Assembly: GCA_048213135.1 (NCBI GenBank)
Contig: PS015022.1
Location: 333,004 to 397,003, forward strand
DNA from: Reclinomonas americana ATCC 50394
Lineage: Eukaryota
Direction of reading: 5' to 3'
DNA: 64,000 nt
Shown here: positions 38,513 through 51,400 of the stretch, piece by piece
Position numbering within the stretch: the stretch's first letter is position 1
Layout of the letters: each line of letters begins with the position of its first letter
The notes under the pieces: generated by a model
What the model was told of the DNA's origin: nothing
Seen by the model: only the letters and a program-made list of their open reading frames with translations
The model's database searches: none
Made by a program: the position numbers and the translations under genes

Positions 38513-39047
38513 ATGACGACCGTGCAGGTGCGTGTTTGATCGCTGCTGTCTCGTTCTCAGCCCACACACTAACAATGTCGCGCACAGGAGATTGACAAGA
38601 AAATCAACGCGGCCATGGCGAAACGAGCGGCCGCTGAATTCCAATTGGTATTTGCCCTTCACCGCTTTTTCTCTCTCCCTCGCTTCTCACACGCAACGGC
38701 GCAGGAGGTGCTGAGTGAGATCACTGCGCGTGGCATCAACGCCGGCTACTACAGCCAACAGCGCGACAGGACCGGCTTCAGTGAGCTCGTCATTGACAAG
38801 CGCAAGCCCGAGTTGTTGGAGCTGAGAAGAGATCTCGACGATGAGATTGAGCAGCTGCGTGAGCGACGCATCGATCTCGAGCGCGATGTCAATGTCGGTG
38901 AGTGTGACCACACTCTATACCGTCTTCTTCCCTCACGATACACGCACTATAGGCTGGCGAGGTCATCCCATGTACGGTCCGCATTGTTCGCGGAATGCCT
39001 CCAGTCCGAGACCACCGCCCTCGCGCTTCAGTCCCGGCAAGCAGTAG
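38513..39047 (+). CDS. Small hypothetical coiled-coil protein; 4 exons
   Basis: MTTVQ|EIDKKINAAMAKRAAAEFQL|EVLSEI..LERDVNV|GWRGHP.. joined in frame through GT-AG introns. Confidence 0.65.
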
Positions 39048-39078
39048 TAGTGAAGAGCGTTACACAAGCGTATTCTGT

Positions 39079-39719
39079 TTACAGAGCCTTCTTCTTCTGC
39101 AGGCCGCGCAGCTTGGCCTTCTTCGCCGCCTGTTCCCAAAAAGAGTCATAAGTGACGCACCAAGGACAACACACGTAGACTTCTTCGCACCTTGTCTCTT
39201 GTGCGCTTGCTCTCGGCTTGCTCCAGTCGTTCGCGCTCTGCCGCCTTCAGTCGACGCGCCTTCAGTCGCTCATTGTTGGCGTCGACCTCAGCCTTCTTGG
39301 CCGCCTTCAGCTGTCGTTCGAGATCCTTCATCGACTTCTCCTTGGCTCTCTTTTGCTCAATCTCCTCCCACGTGCGCACATGTGCTCGGATCTTGGGTCG
39401 CAGCGACGAGAAGCGTCTGTGTGTGTGTGGTGTGTCAGCGGCCATGTGCACATTCACATCATCCACTCGCGCAACACCAACAACCCCACAACCTCGCAGT
39501 CCTCTCTAGCTATACACCACCCAGACATACGCACCACCAGCAGCTCTCACTCTCACTGCCTCCCTCTCTCTGCGTCTCCCTGAAATAGTCTCATTCACGC
39601 AACGCTTTCAGAGGCTTCCAGTTGCGCCCGCTCTTTCGTGAGCCCTGCGGCAGCAAGTTCTCCGTGTCCAGCACACTCTTTGGCTGGATCACCACATTCG
39701 GCAGGCCTCCGGCGCTCAT
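39079..39719 (-). CDS. CCDC86: Cgr1/CCDC86-family nucleolar protein; 3 exons
   Basis: GSRKSGRNWK..|RFSS..TWEE followed by a K/E/R-rich coiled coil. Confidence 0.8.
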
Positions 39720-39835
39720 GATTGAATAATTGATTGATGCGGGACAGCATTGACGTCGGAGCCTCATCCCTTGACCCTCTGTTGGTACTATGCAAACACT
39801 TCATTCATAAACAGATAGGTCACGCCCACGCGAAA

Positions 39836-41026
39836 TCACGGCACCACCCCCATTGTGCCCACCACGTCGGTCATCTTGTCGCCAATCACCGACAGCCCGA
39901 GGTCCTTCACCAGCGGCTCGGCGGCGCTGAATTGCAAGCGTCGCACGCCCGCCAGCTCGGCCACCAGCGCCTGATCCCCTGCCGACGACGGCAGCGGTAC
40001 AATCAGATCAGGCAGCTGCGGCGCGCCACCGACATACGCGATCGGTCCGCGGTTGAGCAGCGGGGCGGTGGTGTTGCGTGGCTGGTACTCGAACAGCAGC
40101 AGCGCATTGCCCTCGACCGAGGCCACCACAGCTGCGTTGTTGAAGGGCGAGCAGTACACCGACGCGGGGTCGTTCACCGGCAGCACCTGCACGCGCGTCA
40201 TGCTGCGCTTGGCGACGTCCAGTCGCACAGACGCCAATCGCGTCATGACGCCAAACTCGTTGTCGTCCAGCACCACCAAGTGCTGCAGATCGGCCGTCAC
40301 ACACGCCGCCGACACAATCGCGTCCGTGTCTCCCGGCCCAAACGCACTGTCCAGCGTGGCCAGCACCTGCGGCTTCGCCACCTGCGACCAGTCCACCAGC
40401 AGCAGCGAGCCGCCCCACGCCGCAATCACCACCGTGGTCTTGTCGATAAACACCAGCGCGCCCGGCGACTTGACCGGCAGCACCCGACCGCCATCCACCA
40501 GTCGCGCACTCTTCGCATCCGCCTCAACGCGCAGCGAATACACTCCACCCGTGCTCGTCGCATCCTGATCGAGCACCCACAACTGCGCCGAGTCACGCGG
40601 ATCGGCGACAATCACCGACGCGTAGCAGCCACCGCGCATCGTAAGCGCCGCCGTCACCACCTGCACCGACACCTGTCCCTGCGGCCCCTCCACCACCTCA
40701 AACACGCCCACCGTGCCATTGCCCTGATCCAGCTGCGCCACAACACCAAAGATGCGCGCTCCCACATGCGCATACACGATTTCACCCTCGTCGGAGAATT
40801 GCATGGAAAATGCGGCCAGACGATCCACGCTGGCAGAGGAGGAGTAGCGCAGCAGCTCGTATGCGCGTGCGGGGTTGCCTTGCGCGTCGAACGGATGCGA
40901 CACTGCAAACAGGAACTCGCTCGTGGCAGCGGCGTCATCATGCGCAAGGACACCGAATGCGCTGGTGAGTGTGAGTGCGCAGAAGCACACCACCAGCAGC
41001 AGCAAGAAGACGCCGGCGCGTTGCAT
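39836..41026 (-). CDS. Intronless secreted, probably beta-propeller protein of bacterial appearance
   Basis: Single uninterrupted ORF with signal peptide MQRAGVFLLLLVVCFCALTLTSA; beta-rich segments; ends VVGTMGVVP. Confidence 0.8.
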   Translation of the reverse strand: MQRAGVFLLLLVVCFCALTLTSAFGVLAHDDAAATSEFLFAVSHPFDAQGNPARAYELLRYSSSASVDRLAAFSMQFSDEGEIVYAHVGARIFGVVAQLDQGNGTVGVFEVVEGPQGQVSVQVVTAALTMRGGCYASVIVADPRDSAQLWVLDQDATSTGGVYSLRVEADAKSARLVDGGRVLPVKSPGALVFIDKTTVVIAAWGGSLLLVDWSQVAKPQVLATLDSAFGPGDTDAIVSAACVTADLQHLVVLDDNEFGVMTRLASVRLDVAKRSMTRVQVLPVNDPASVYCSPFNNAAVVASVEGNALLLFEYQPRNTTAPLLNRGPIAYVGGAPQLPDLIVPLPSSAGDQALVAELAGVRRLQFSAAEPLVKDLGLSVIGDKMTDVVGTMGVVP

Positions 41027-41095
41027 CGATTGTGGGTGACAATGGACAGATGTGGGACAGATGCTCGCTCGTGGATATCGCAAATCACTGTCATA

Positions 41096-44000
41096 ATGCG
41101 GCGGCCGCCGCGGTTACAAAGGCCACTGGTGACAGTGCTGTTACTGCTCGCAGTGGCATGCGCTGTAATCGCAGTGCGTGTCACTGATGATGTGCAGGTG
41201 AAACATCGTTGTCTTTCACTACCTTTTGCACTATCCGCGACAGCTCACTCCCACCCGCAGAACGCTCCACGTGCGCTCATGTGCGTGGCTGGCAAAACGT
41301 GTGTGTTTGAGGGCGAGCTGCGCATTCAGAGTGGATGGAACACGCACACGTCGATGGTGGAGAAGCCGCCACACAAGTGCGACTATCGCACGGTGAACGC
41401 CATGTGGCAGGTGGTGTCAAAGGAGGTGCGGGGACAACAACAACAACAGCAGCAGCTGTGGTGGTGGTAGTGATGCTTACATGACATGCAGGAGACAACC
41501 GAGGGCACGATGCTGTTCGATGTGCAGTTTCTGTCGGCCGAGTCGCGCCAGGCGTGTTTGCTGGACGCGGCCAGCACCACGGAGATGGAGCAGTTCTTGC
41601 TGCGGCGTGACAGGGACTCGCCCATTCCCACGGCGGTGGTGTTGACGCAGAATATCAGCAATGGTGCGGTGCTGAAGGCACAGTTCCGCGCCGACATTCC
41701 GCAAACGGTGCAGGCCATGGTGCGTGCGTTCCTGCGCTCCATCAACGCGCACGTTACGGCCATTCCGCGCGACACTGGCAAGGCGGCGCCCTCCACGATC
41801 TTTGTCGACGTGCAGAGTGCCTCGCATCCCGTTCTGCGCTCGTTGCGATGTTGTTGTTGTTGTTGTCGCGTGACTGTTACCACATCAACTCACCATGCAC
41901 GCGTGCGTGCGTGCTGCAGCATCACGGCCCAGCTGGACGAGGAGAACGAGGGTCACGTGTACTACACGCACGAATTCGTCAGTGTCAGCGATGGCGACGA
42001 TGACGGCAAAGTGAAGCCGGCGGACGGAGTGCAGACACCGCCCAAGACAAGTGTTGAGCACTCACCAAGCACATTCTCCAAGGACTTCCAAGGCACCGCC
42101 GCCGGTAAGGAGATGGTGTTAGTCACGCCGGAGCGAATCACCAAGAAGGCCAAGGGCACCATTCAGGTTTGGCTTTCAGCTAGAGACGGTGTGTGCACAC
42201 TGTTGCTCATCACGGGAAATCGCAGATTGGTCTCGGCGACAAGAATGCCATGGGTCGAGTGGGTGCACGACAGGACTCTCAGGCCGCCATGGCCGCACTG
42301 GTACTCATCCGCTCGGCTGAGCACGACGAGCACTTGGAGCAAGGTTCCATCCGCGCTTCACTCATGCCACGTCCATTTGCTTTCCGTGCTCAACCCGTGG
42401 CGTGCACGAGCAGTTCTCGCGCAAGTGACCTCGATGGACAGAGAGGAACGACAGCAGGCGACAGAAGTTCGCGAGGCTCTGACTGGTGGCGCTGTTGCGT
42501 GCTCACTGCTTCACGCAATGTGCACATCCAACAGTGCCAGCAGCTGACACTTTGGTGTTTTCTTTGGTTTGCAGCCACCCGGTCTCCAAGTCGACAACAT
42601 GGTAAAGTACAAGGTGCGGTTGGAGAACATCAAGACCACCGTGGTGCCCAAGTACAAGGACGACAAGGTGCCGAGTCAACTCGCTCTTCTTGGACTCGAG
42701 GTCAGGCCAATTGTGTTTGCGTGCATTTTGCTGGCGGAGATGCACCGTCCACTCATGTGTGCGAGCGTGCAGGAGGATTTCTATCGTTCCTTGTCGATCG
42801 ACGAGGCGGCGCATGTGTCATTCGCAGTGATGGAGCAGCAGGAGGCCACTGATGTGGTGCTGCGGGGATGTGCTGGCGAGCTGTCGCCGGTCCAGGTGTC
42901 GCATGATTTGGCGCTGCATGCGTTTGACGAGGCATTCATCAGTCACCTCGTGCGACTGGTGTCGCAAGTGAAGGACCACTGCAGCGAGCGCGGCATGCAT
43001 GCAGTGCGTAGATGTGCCGGTGTGTGCACACGGAGGTGTGGTGAAGCGCTGACTCGATTTCATGCAGCTGCTCGACGTGATTGGCTCGCACAATCACCCA
43101 CTCGCGCAGCAGCACCTGGTGCAAGTGGCTGCATCGCATCCACGATTCCACCCCACTCGCTCCTCTGCCCTGATTGCTCTCGCACATCCGCCCCACATGT
43201 CGCGCGTTGGACTGCACGACTTCTCTCGGTCGACTGTCGACGCGTTGCATCGGATGTGGCGACGCGACAATGATCACGAGGTGAGGCGTCGCCGGCACAC
43301 ACAGACAACATGTTTGTGTGTTCCCAACTCATGCACCACTCGCGTGCACACAGGCCTTGTTTGCTCTGTCGGCGGCCATTAGCAACACGCCAGACCCCAC
43401 CGATTATGATCATGTGGTGGCGGAAATCGAGGCCGAGCTGCAAGCAACGCTGCTCACGGAAGGTGAGCGTTTAGTGAACACACGAGGGGGGGGGGCGTCG
43501 GTTGTTGAAACCAACACTGGTGATCGACCACGCAGTGAACACGGTCGAGCATGTGGATCGTGCCACTCTGTATCTCCAGTCGCTGGGCAATGCCGGCGCG
43601 CCGCGCTCACTGTCTCTTGTCGAGACTTGCGCGCACGAGCACCCGAGCAATGCAGTCCAACAAGTTGGGTGGCCTGCCTCATGCTACAGTCGCTTTTTCG
43701 ACTGCGAGCACTCACCCAACAGTGCGTTGTGCAGGAGGCCGTCTCAACCATGGCAAAAATCGGCACGGCTCCTGCCCGCATGGCGCTCTTGTCGGTGCTC
43801 GCCACAGACAAGTTGAACATGTCGGTGCGCGCTCTGGCTCGAGATGCACTCATCAGCTTGCCGCTGACGCGAGGCGAGCTCACCATGCTGCAACGCACTG
43901 CCGATGCACTCGGTCCGTCCCCGCTGTTCCCCTTTGCCTTTGCTGCCGAAGGTGATGACGGTGGTGGTGGAGGTGGCGGTGACGGTGGTGGCGGAGGTGG

Positions 44001-46146
44001 TGATGGCGGAGGCGGTGGTGGTGGTGGAGGCGATGGTGGTAGCGGTGGAGGTGATGGTGGTGGCGGCGGTGATAGTGGCGGTGGTGGCGGTGGTGGTGAT
44101 GGTGGCGGTGGTGGTGACGGAAGCAGTGCGTTGTTCCCTTTCTCCCTGGCTGCCGAAGGTGATGAAAGTGAGGGTGAGGGTGGCGGTGAGGGTGAGGGCG
44201 ACAAGGGTGGCGGTGGCGGGGAAGGTGTTGCACTCGAAAAGTTGCGCGAGTGCAGTTGTCGTCGCACTGTTCTCCCCCAAACTCATCGTGTTCTGTTGGT
44301 GATGCAGAACATTCAAGACGCAGAAGTTTGGCAAGGTCAGTCATTCATCTTTCACATTTTGGTGTTGGGAAGTGTCGCGCCTCACATGCTTATGTGGTTT
44401 AGTCGCAACTCAACGGCCACCTGCAATTCGACATCAGCCTGAAGGGCAATCTGTTGCGTTCCCACTGTATTGTTGCGACAATACCGTCCAATCAGTCTCT
44501 CACTTCGGTTTTCTCGCCTCCGCAGATCTGCAGAGGGTGCCAAAGCGTTCGTGTTCATTGTTGCTGCTCCTCTTCTTGGCGACTTCATGTCCTCATACAT
44601 TGCACTGCAGGGAGGGAACTCTGTCGGCCAAGCTGCCAGTGGAGGTGTGGAAGTTCAAGAAGGTGGCGTTCGAGGCTGTTGGTCGGGCGAGCTTGGAGAA
44701 CACCACACCATCCATGGACTTCAATCTGAAGGCACGTCGATCGTCGACAGAAGATTGAGTGCGTGATTGTGCGCACCTGACCATCATCACATACAGTTCT
44801 TTGGAGTGAGCATCTTCAAGAAACGATTCGGCAGTGGCGGCGAAGGTGGTGGTGAAGGAGACAGTGGTGGTGAGGGAGAAGGTGGAGAAGGCCAGCTCGG
44901 CTATTTTGTTGCCAGCCGCGATGAGGAATCGGAAGAGGGCGGTGGCGAAGGCGGTGAAGGTGGTGGAGGTGGCAGTTCCTGTGCACTGGGTGACGAGCCA
45001 GGCGAAAAGGTTGGTCTCAGTCTTTTTTAATTATGGCTTCGATTGTTGGTATGAAGCTCACTAACGAGTTATCACAGGAGCAAATCGGCCAGAAGCAACT
45101 GAGCAAGAGCAAAGTTGTCCGCAATCGCTTCTGCATCAGTTGCGTGCGCTCTTTCCCTCTGATTTCCCCCTCTGTCGGCTTTCTCTCACCAGTCTGCGTG
45201 TGCTGTCGCAGTGGGTTCTGTCTGCATCAATGTCCGTCTGGCGCTGTCGGTGGAGCTCGGTGCAACGCTGTGGCTCGGTGTGGCCTCTGACTGTTCTCCT
45301 GTGCTGCTGTCGGCCGGCATCAAGCCAGAGGCCTCTGTCAAGGTGTGTGTGGGTCTGCTGCTGTGATGTGGCTCACCGAGTTCATGATGGATTCACGTGG
45401 TTTGTCGATGTACCAGATCAACGTGGAGGCCGCAGGTGGCGTCAGCAAGGTCAAAGGCGGAGTAATTGGTCACGTCACCTTGGTCGACGTTAGCGTGCCG
45501 GTGTTTGGGCGTGTGTCGGCCGAGGGCAAGAAGTGCATTCGCGGCGACATCAAGATCAACGCCGGTGGCGGCAAGCTCGTTGGATTGTTGCGTGTGGTGT
45601 CACGCACTCCACGATGGTGGCTAAGTAGGATGCTCATATTTTCTGATGCTCCAGTATTGGCAAGCCACCTGCCGACGATGGTGAAGGAGGAGGTGGTGGT
45701 GGAAAAGGCAAGCGAGGTGGTGGTGGCGGCGGCGAGCAGGAACTGCTTGCGCTCTACAACGACGTGCTGGAACGGGCGACGCTGGTGGAGCGTTTTGGTG
45801 GTTTCGGCGGTCTGGCCAAGCGAGCCAAGGGATTCGCCAAGAAGGGTCTGAAGAAGCTCAAGAAGAATGCCAAGAAGTTGCTGAAGAAGGTCGGAAAGGG
45901 TCTCCTCGGCATGATCAACCTGAAGAAGACTCTGTGGGAGTGGAAGGTGAGAGCGCCGTGTCCAGCCGGCGCTATTTTTTCTGGTGTACTGAGATGAGAA
46001 CGTGTCTTGGTTTGCAGGCTGCGGAGAAGAGCATGAGCCTGTTCAAGGAGGGCGAATGTGAGGGCGGCGGCGGCGGCGGCGGTGGCGGCGGCGAGGAAGA
46101 GGGTGGAAGCCAGCTTTTCTCGCGGTTGATGCTGACGGAGAAGTAA
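41096..46146 (+). CDS. Large secreted protein with a vitellogenin/MTP-like (LLT) region, Gly/acidic linkers and a cationic C-terminal helix; multi-exon
   Basis: Signal peptide; helical region with QALFALSAA, LYLQSLGNAG and MSVRALARDAL typical of the lipoprotein N-terminal domain; GGD/GGE tracts. Confidence 0.65.
43950..44220 (+). repeat. Coding Gly/Asp/Glu-rich repeat with a duplicated LFPF(A/S)(F/L)AAEGD motif
   Basis: (GGT/GGC)n with GAT/GAC codons. The motif occurs at about 43920 and about 44130. Confidence 0.85.
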
Positions 46147-46337
46147 ATTTGACTTTGCTGTTGTTTTGTACGTGGGTCGCTACGACTCGTCGGGGCGGAG
46201 GGGGAGGAAGAAGCACGAGAGGAACGTACGACTCGGTCGCCCTCGAAGTCATCAATCGAAATGTCCCATGTCCGCAGTTTGCCATTCTGTGCTCTCATCT
46301 CGTCCGTGTCACTGTTGTGCGACCGTGAGTAGAAGAG

Positions 46338-47482
46338 ATGAGCAACGCAGGAGTATCGTCGAAAGAGTTCCTGGAGCTCGTACGGTTCGTGCAACGCAAA
46401 TCGCTTATTCCGTCTCTTTCTTCGCACTGTGCAGTCTCTTTCTCTGCTTCAGTGTCGTCTGTATACTGTGCCCATTCAATGAGAGGTCACGCGTGTGCAT
46501 GTGTGTGCTTGTGTGCTTGTGTGCGTCATGGTCATGTCCACACACACACACGTGTGTGAGAGTATGCACTCACTCTCGCTCTCACTCTCCCTCACTCTCC
46601 CTCGCTCCCTCACAGCTCCATTGGAGAGAGCAAGGTGAGCTGTTGTTTCTCAGTGTGCACATGCAGTTTGGTGACTGACTGACACTGTTTTTCTCACCCT
46701 CGATTCCGATGACTGCCACAGTCAAAGCAGGTTCGTGTGTGTGCTGCCTTTCTCACGCATTCTCTCTCGAGTCTCACGCACCGATGACTGCAGGAGGAAG
46801 ATCGTATCATTGAGCACGAGGTCCATCTGCTCAAGTCGCGCTTGGCAGAAGTCAATGTGCCTCCGGTGTGTGTGTGTGTGTGTGCCTCTCGCTCCTGCTT
46901 ATGTGCCCATGCGTTGCTGATGTATGTGTCTTTCCGCCTGCACAGAAACGCCGCAAGGAGTACCTCATTCGCGCGCTCTACTGTGAGATGCTTGGGCACG
47001 AGGCCAGCTTTGCGTACATTCATGCGGTCAATCTGACCTCGCACACCGCCAGTCTGATGGAGAAGGCCATTGGTGCGTGTGGGAGGCGTGGTGTGTCTGT
47101 GTCGGCACATTCGCAATCGTCGTGCTCACACGCGCGGTGATGATGATGATGATGCAGGTTACTTGGTGGTGACTCTGTGCTTGGATCCCAGCAGCGAGCT
47201 GATGCTTTTGCTCGTCGCCGCCATGCAACGAGTGCGTGCCTGCATACTCTTCCGTTTTATAGTCAACTAGCTTCTCACGCTCTCCTACTCTTCCTGTCGA
47301 CACTCGTGTAGGACATGCAAAGCACCAACTTCCTGCAGAACGCCATTGCGCTCACTGCCGTTCGCACGCTGGTGAATCGGGAGACCATTCCGGCTCTGCT
47401 GCCCAACATTACACGACTGCTGTCGCACGAAAAGTGAGGCGCACTATCGCATCACTTGTGCATGCTGCACTGCCGCATTCTC

Positions 47483-47543
<61 letters not shown>

Positions 47544-48382
47544 CTCGTACTACTACTACTACGTCGTACGTACGTACGTACGTACGTACGTACGTACGTA
47601 CGTACGTACGCGTCGACGNNNNNNNNNNNNNNNNNNNNNNNNNNNNNNNNNNNNNNNNNNNNNNNNNNNNNNNNNNNNNNNNNNNNNNNNNNNNNNNNNN
47701 NNNNNNNNNNNNNNNNNNNNNNNNNNNNNNNNNNNNNNNNNNNNNNNNNNNNNNNNNNNNNNNNNNNNNNNNNNNNNNNNNNNNNNNNNNNNNNNNNNNN
47801 NNNNNNNNNNNNNNNNNNNNNNNNNNNNNNNNNNNNNNNNNNNNNNNNNNNNNNNNNNNNNNNNNNNNNNNNNNNNNNNNNNNNNNNNNNNNNNNNNNNN
47901 NNNNNNNNNNNNNNNNNNNNNNNNNNNNNNNNNNNNNNNNNNNNNNNNNNNNNNNNNNNNNNNNNNNNNNNNNNNNNNNNNNNNNNNNNNNNNNNNNNNN
48001 NNNNNNNNNNNNNNNNNNNNNNNNNNNNNNNNNNNNNNNNNNNNNNNNNNNNNNNNNNNNNNNNNNNNNNNNNNNNNNNNNNNNNNNNNNNNNNNNNNNN
48101 NNNNNNNNNNNNNNNNNNNNNNNNNNNNNNNNNNNNNNNNNNNNNNNNNNNNNNNNNNNNNNNNNNNNNNNNNNNNNNNNNNNNNNNNNNNNNNNNNNNN
48201 NNNNNNNNNNNNNNNNNNNNNNNNNNNNNNNNNNNNNNNNNNNNNNNNNNNNNNNNNNNNNNCCACTACTACCGTACGCGTCGTCGTCGCCGAAACGTAA
48301 ACGGTAAGGACGGCCGACCGTAACTTACGTCCGACTCTACCTTACGTTGGTCGTACTAGTTCGTCGCACTCGCGCCTCTCTA

Positions 48383-48430
<48 letters not shown>

Positions 48431-51400
48431 TCTCCCGTTCACCACTGCAGCGACTATGTGCGCAAGAAGGCGGTGCTGGCGCTGCATGCGTTCCAGCGTG
48501 TGGATCCCGACTGCGTCGCCGGTATGGACACGGCGGTGCGGAGAGTGTTCTGTGATCGCAATCCGTCGGTGATGGCCTCCTCCCTGGGCCTGTACTACGA
48601 CATGGTGCGCCGGAGCCCGTCGACCAACAAGGACATGGTGGACTCGTTTGTCAGCATTCTGGAGCAGATTATTCAACAGCGATTGCCGAGCGACTTTGAG
48701 TATCATCGAGTGCCGGCTCCGTGGATTCAGATTGCGCTGATGCGCATTCTGCAAGTACTCGGTCGTGACGACGAGCAAGCCAGCGGCCGCATGTACTCGA
48801 CCATTGGCAACGTACTTCGCAAGACCGACGTCGGCATCAACATTTCGCACGCCGTGATCTACGAGTGCATCCGCACAGCGACCACGATTGTGCCGCAAGA
48901 GTCGCTGCTGGGGTCGTGTGCCGCACAAGTATCACGCTTCCTCATGAGCGAGAATCCCAACGTCAAGTACCTGGGCATCAAGTCGCTGACGTGTCTGGTG
49001 CGCGTCAACCCCAAGTTTGCCGCCGAGCACCAACTGCGTGTCATTGACTGTCTGGAGAGCCGCGACGAGACACTCAAGCGCAAGGTGCGTGTGGAGAGAG
49101 AGGGAGAGAGAGAGAGAGAGAGGAGGGAGAAGAAATGAGCATCGTGCAACGTGAAACTCATTGGTGGTTCTGGCCGGCGCAGACGGTGGAACTCTTGTAC
49201 GGCATGACGAATCCGGCCAACGTGAAGATCATTGTGGAGAAGTTGTTGGACTTTTTGAAGGTGACACGAGATGAGGTGCTGCGCAAGCAGTTGGTCGAAA
49301 AGATCTGTGCCCTTGCTGAGCGGTGAGTCGACTGTCACGGGGGGGGATGGCTGTTGCATTATAGCTGAATGATGTGAGCATTTAGGTTCTCGAGCGACAA
49401 CATTTGGTTCATCAACATGATGAGCGTGGTGTACAAGATCGGCGGATCGGTGGTGCAGACGGCCAACATTCAGAACCTGCTGCGCATCGTCGCTGAAGGT
49501 GGCGTTTCATTTGCTCAAATCGAGTCTTCTTTGTGGAGTCTCTGACTGCTGCTTGTGTCTCGTTAGGTTCCGGCGATGACGACGTCGATGAGGCATTCCG
49601 CGCGCATGCCGTGGATACATTTTACGACTTTGTGCAGCAGCCTGGTCTGAACGATGCACTCATCCAAGTAATTGCGTGGACTCTGGGCGAGTTCGGCTAC
49701 GTGTCCAAGTCGCGCGGCGACTCGAGTGTCATGTCGGCGCTGTGCGATCTGGCGGAGCGACGCGTTGAAAGTTGCGCTGCGCCGCGTCGAGCTCCTGGCA
49801 GAGTGATAGAAAGAAATCTGAAAAGGGCAACCCGGGTTGTGTCGCGTGTCGCAGATATTGAGGTGCGCAGTTGGATCATCAGCGCTCTCCTCAAAGTGTG
49901 CACACGGCTCGGTCGCGTGCCGGAAGAAGTGGAGGAGTTGATCGACAAGTACGAGGACTCGAAGAGTGTCACCGTGCAGCAGGTGTGTGTGTTTTCCCCA
50001 TCGCCTGTGCTTGCGCACTCTTCTCGGCTAACTGAACTTGTCGCGGCAGAAATGCGCCGAGTTCCTGCAACTGAAAGATGACATGCGGCTTGTACGGCGC
50101 GTGTTGGAGGCCACGGAGAGTGTGGAGGTTTGCAGTTTGTGGTGCACGTGTGGGTTTGCTTGTGCTGATGCTTTGCGTCGAGTAGGTGGACGCGGACTTG
50201 CCTTTCCTCGACAAGTACTGCAAGCAAGCTAGTGGAAAGCGTGCTGCGCCCTACAACCCCCACGGCACTGCGGGGTCTGCTGCCGGTGCAGCCGGTAGCA
50301 AGAGTTTCGTGCGCGCCATGTCGTGCACGTGTGTGTGTATGTGTGCACTCAGTATTCACTCGCTCTCTTGTATTTGTTCCCTGCAGCGAGCCGTCGCCTC
50401 AACTTTACGGCTTACGATGCGCCGCGCGCCGCTCCAGCAGGCGTGGTCGCCTCGCGTCCGGGTGTGAGCAGCAGTGGTGGTGGTGGCAGCAGCGGTGGTG
50501 GCAGTGGCTTCGCAGTTGCCGCGCCTCCTCCCATTCCGTCGGGCCCAAATCCAGTTGCTTCCGCCGACTCCAGGTTTGCTGCAGCACTGCCAGTCGTGAC
50601 AGGCACTCTCCTCGCACTCATCGTCCGTGTGCGGTTGCAGTTTCGGATTGTCGCGCACTGCTGGGCGTTGGGGTCGCGGCAGTGCGGCTAGCGCAAACGC
50701 CGCGGCTGGAGGATCGTCGTCATCCTACGCCGCTGCGGGTGCTCCTGTGCAGCCGACAGTGACGCAGGCGGGTTCACTGACGTGGGATACACCGGGTGTT
50801 GTGACGGATAGTGCGTGGAATGCAGCAAGCACCGCGATGGGTGGCGGCGGCGGACACGGTGGCTCTGGCGGCTACGGTGGCGGCAGCGTCGCTGCGCCGG
50901 CGGCCCCCAGCCGTCCTGCAGTTTCGTGTGCGCCAATGCCCCTGTCAATTCGCATTCGTGAATGCTCACTTCTCCTCTGTCGTGTACGCGGAACAGATGT
51001 CTGCGGAGCAAGCGGAGCGTTCCGCCAGATTCGAAGGCTTGTTTGATGGTGTTTCATCACCGACCCGCGGTGGCGGCAGCAGCAGCGGTGGTGGTGGTGG
51101 TGGGAACAGCGGTGGCGGCAGCGGCGGCAACTCGCTCATGTCTATGCTGGCGGGCGGCGGCAGCGGTGCTGCACCGGAATCGCGCACCGGCAAAGGTGGA
51201 GAATCCACTGTGACTTGCTGTATGGGCTAAGTTCTTATCGTGTAGCAATCACAGGCAAGAAGGGTGGAAAGAAGGGCACCAAGAAGGGGCAAGGGAAGAA
51301 GGAGAAAGCGCTGGCCGCCAAGGAGCGCAAGTACGCCAACATGGTGGCGGATGACGACGACGAAGAGGAGGATGCCGGCGGCAGTGGCAGCGGAAGCGGC

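Noticed and set aside
39734-41470. Long antisense or alternative-frame ORFs (also 59369-60793, 56193-57314 and ORFs reading through N runs)
   Set aside because: Shadow frames of GC-rich coding exons or artefacts of gaps and microsatellites, with no independent protein motifs.
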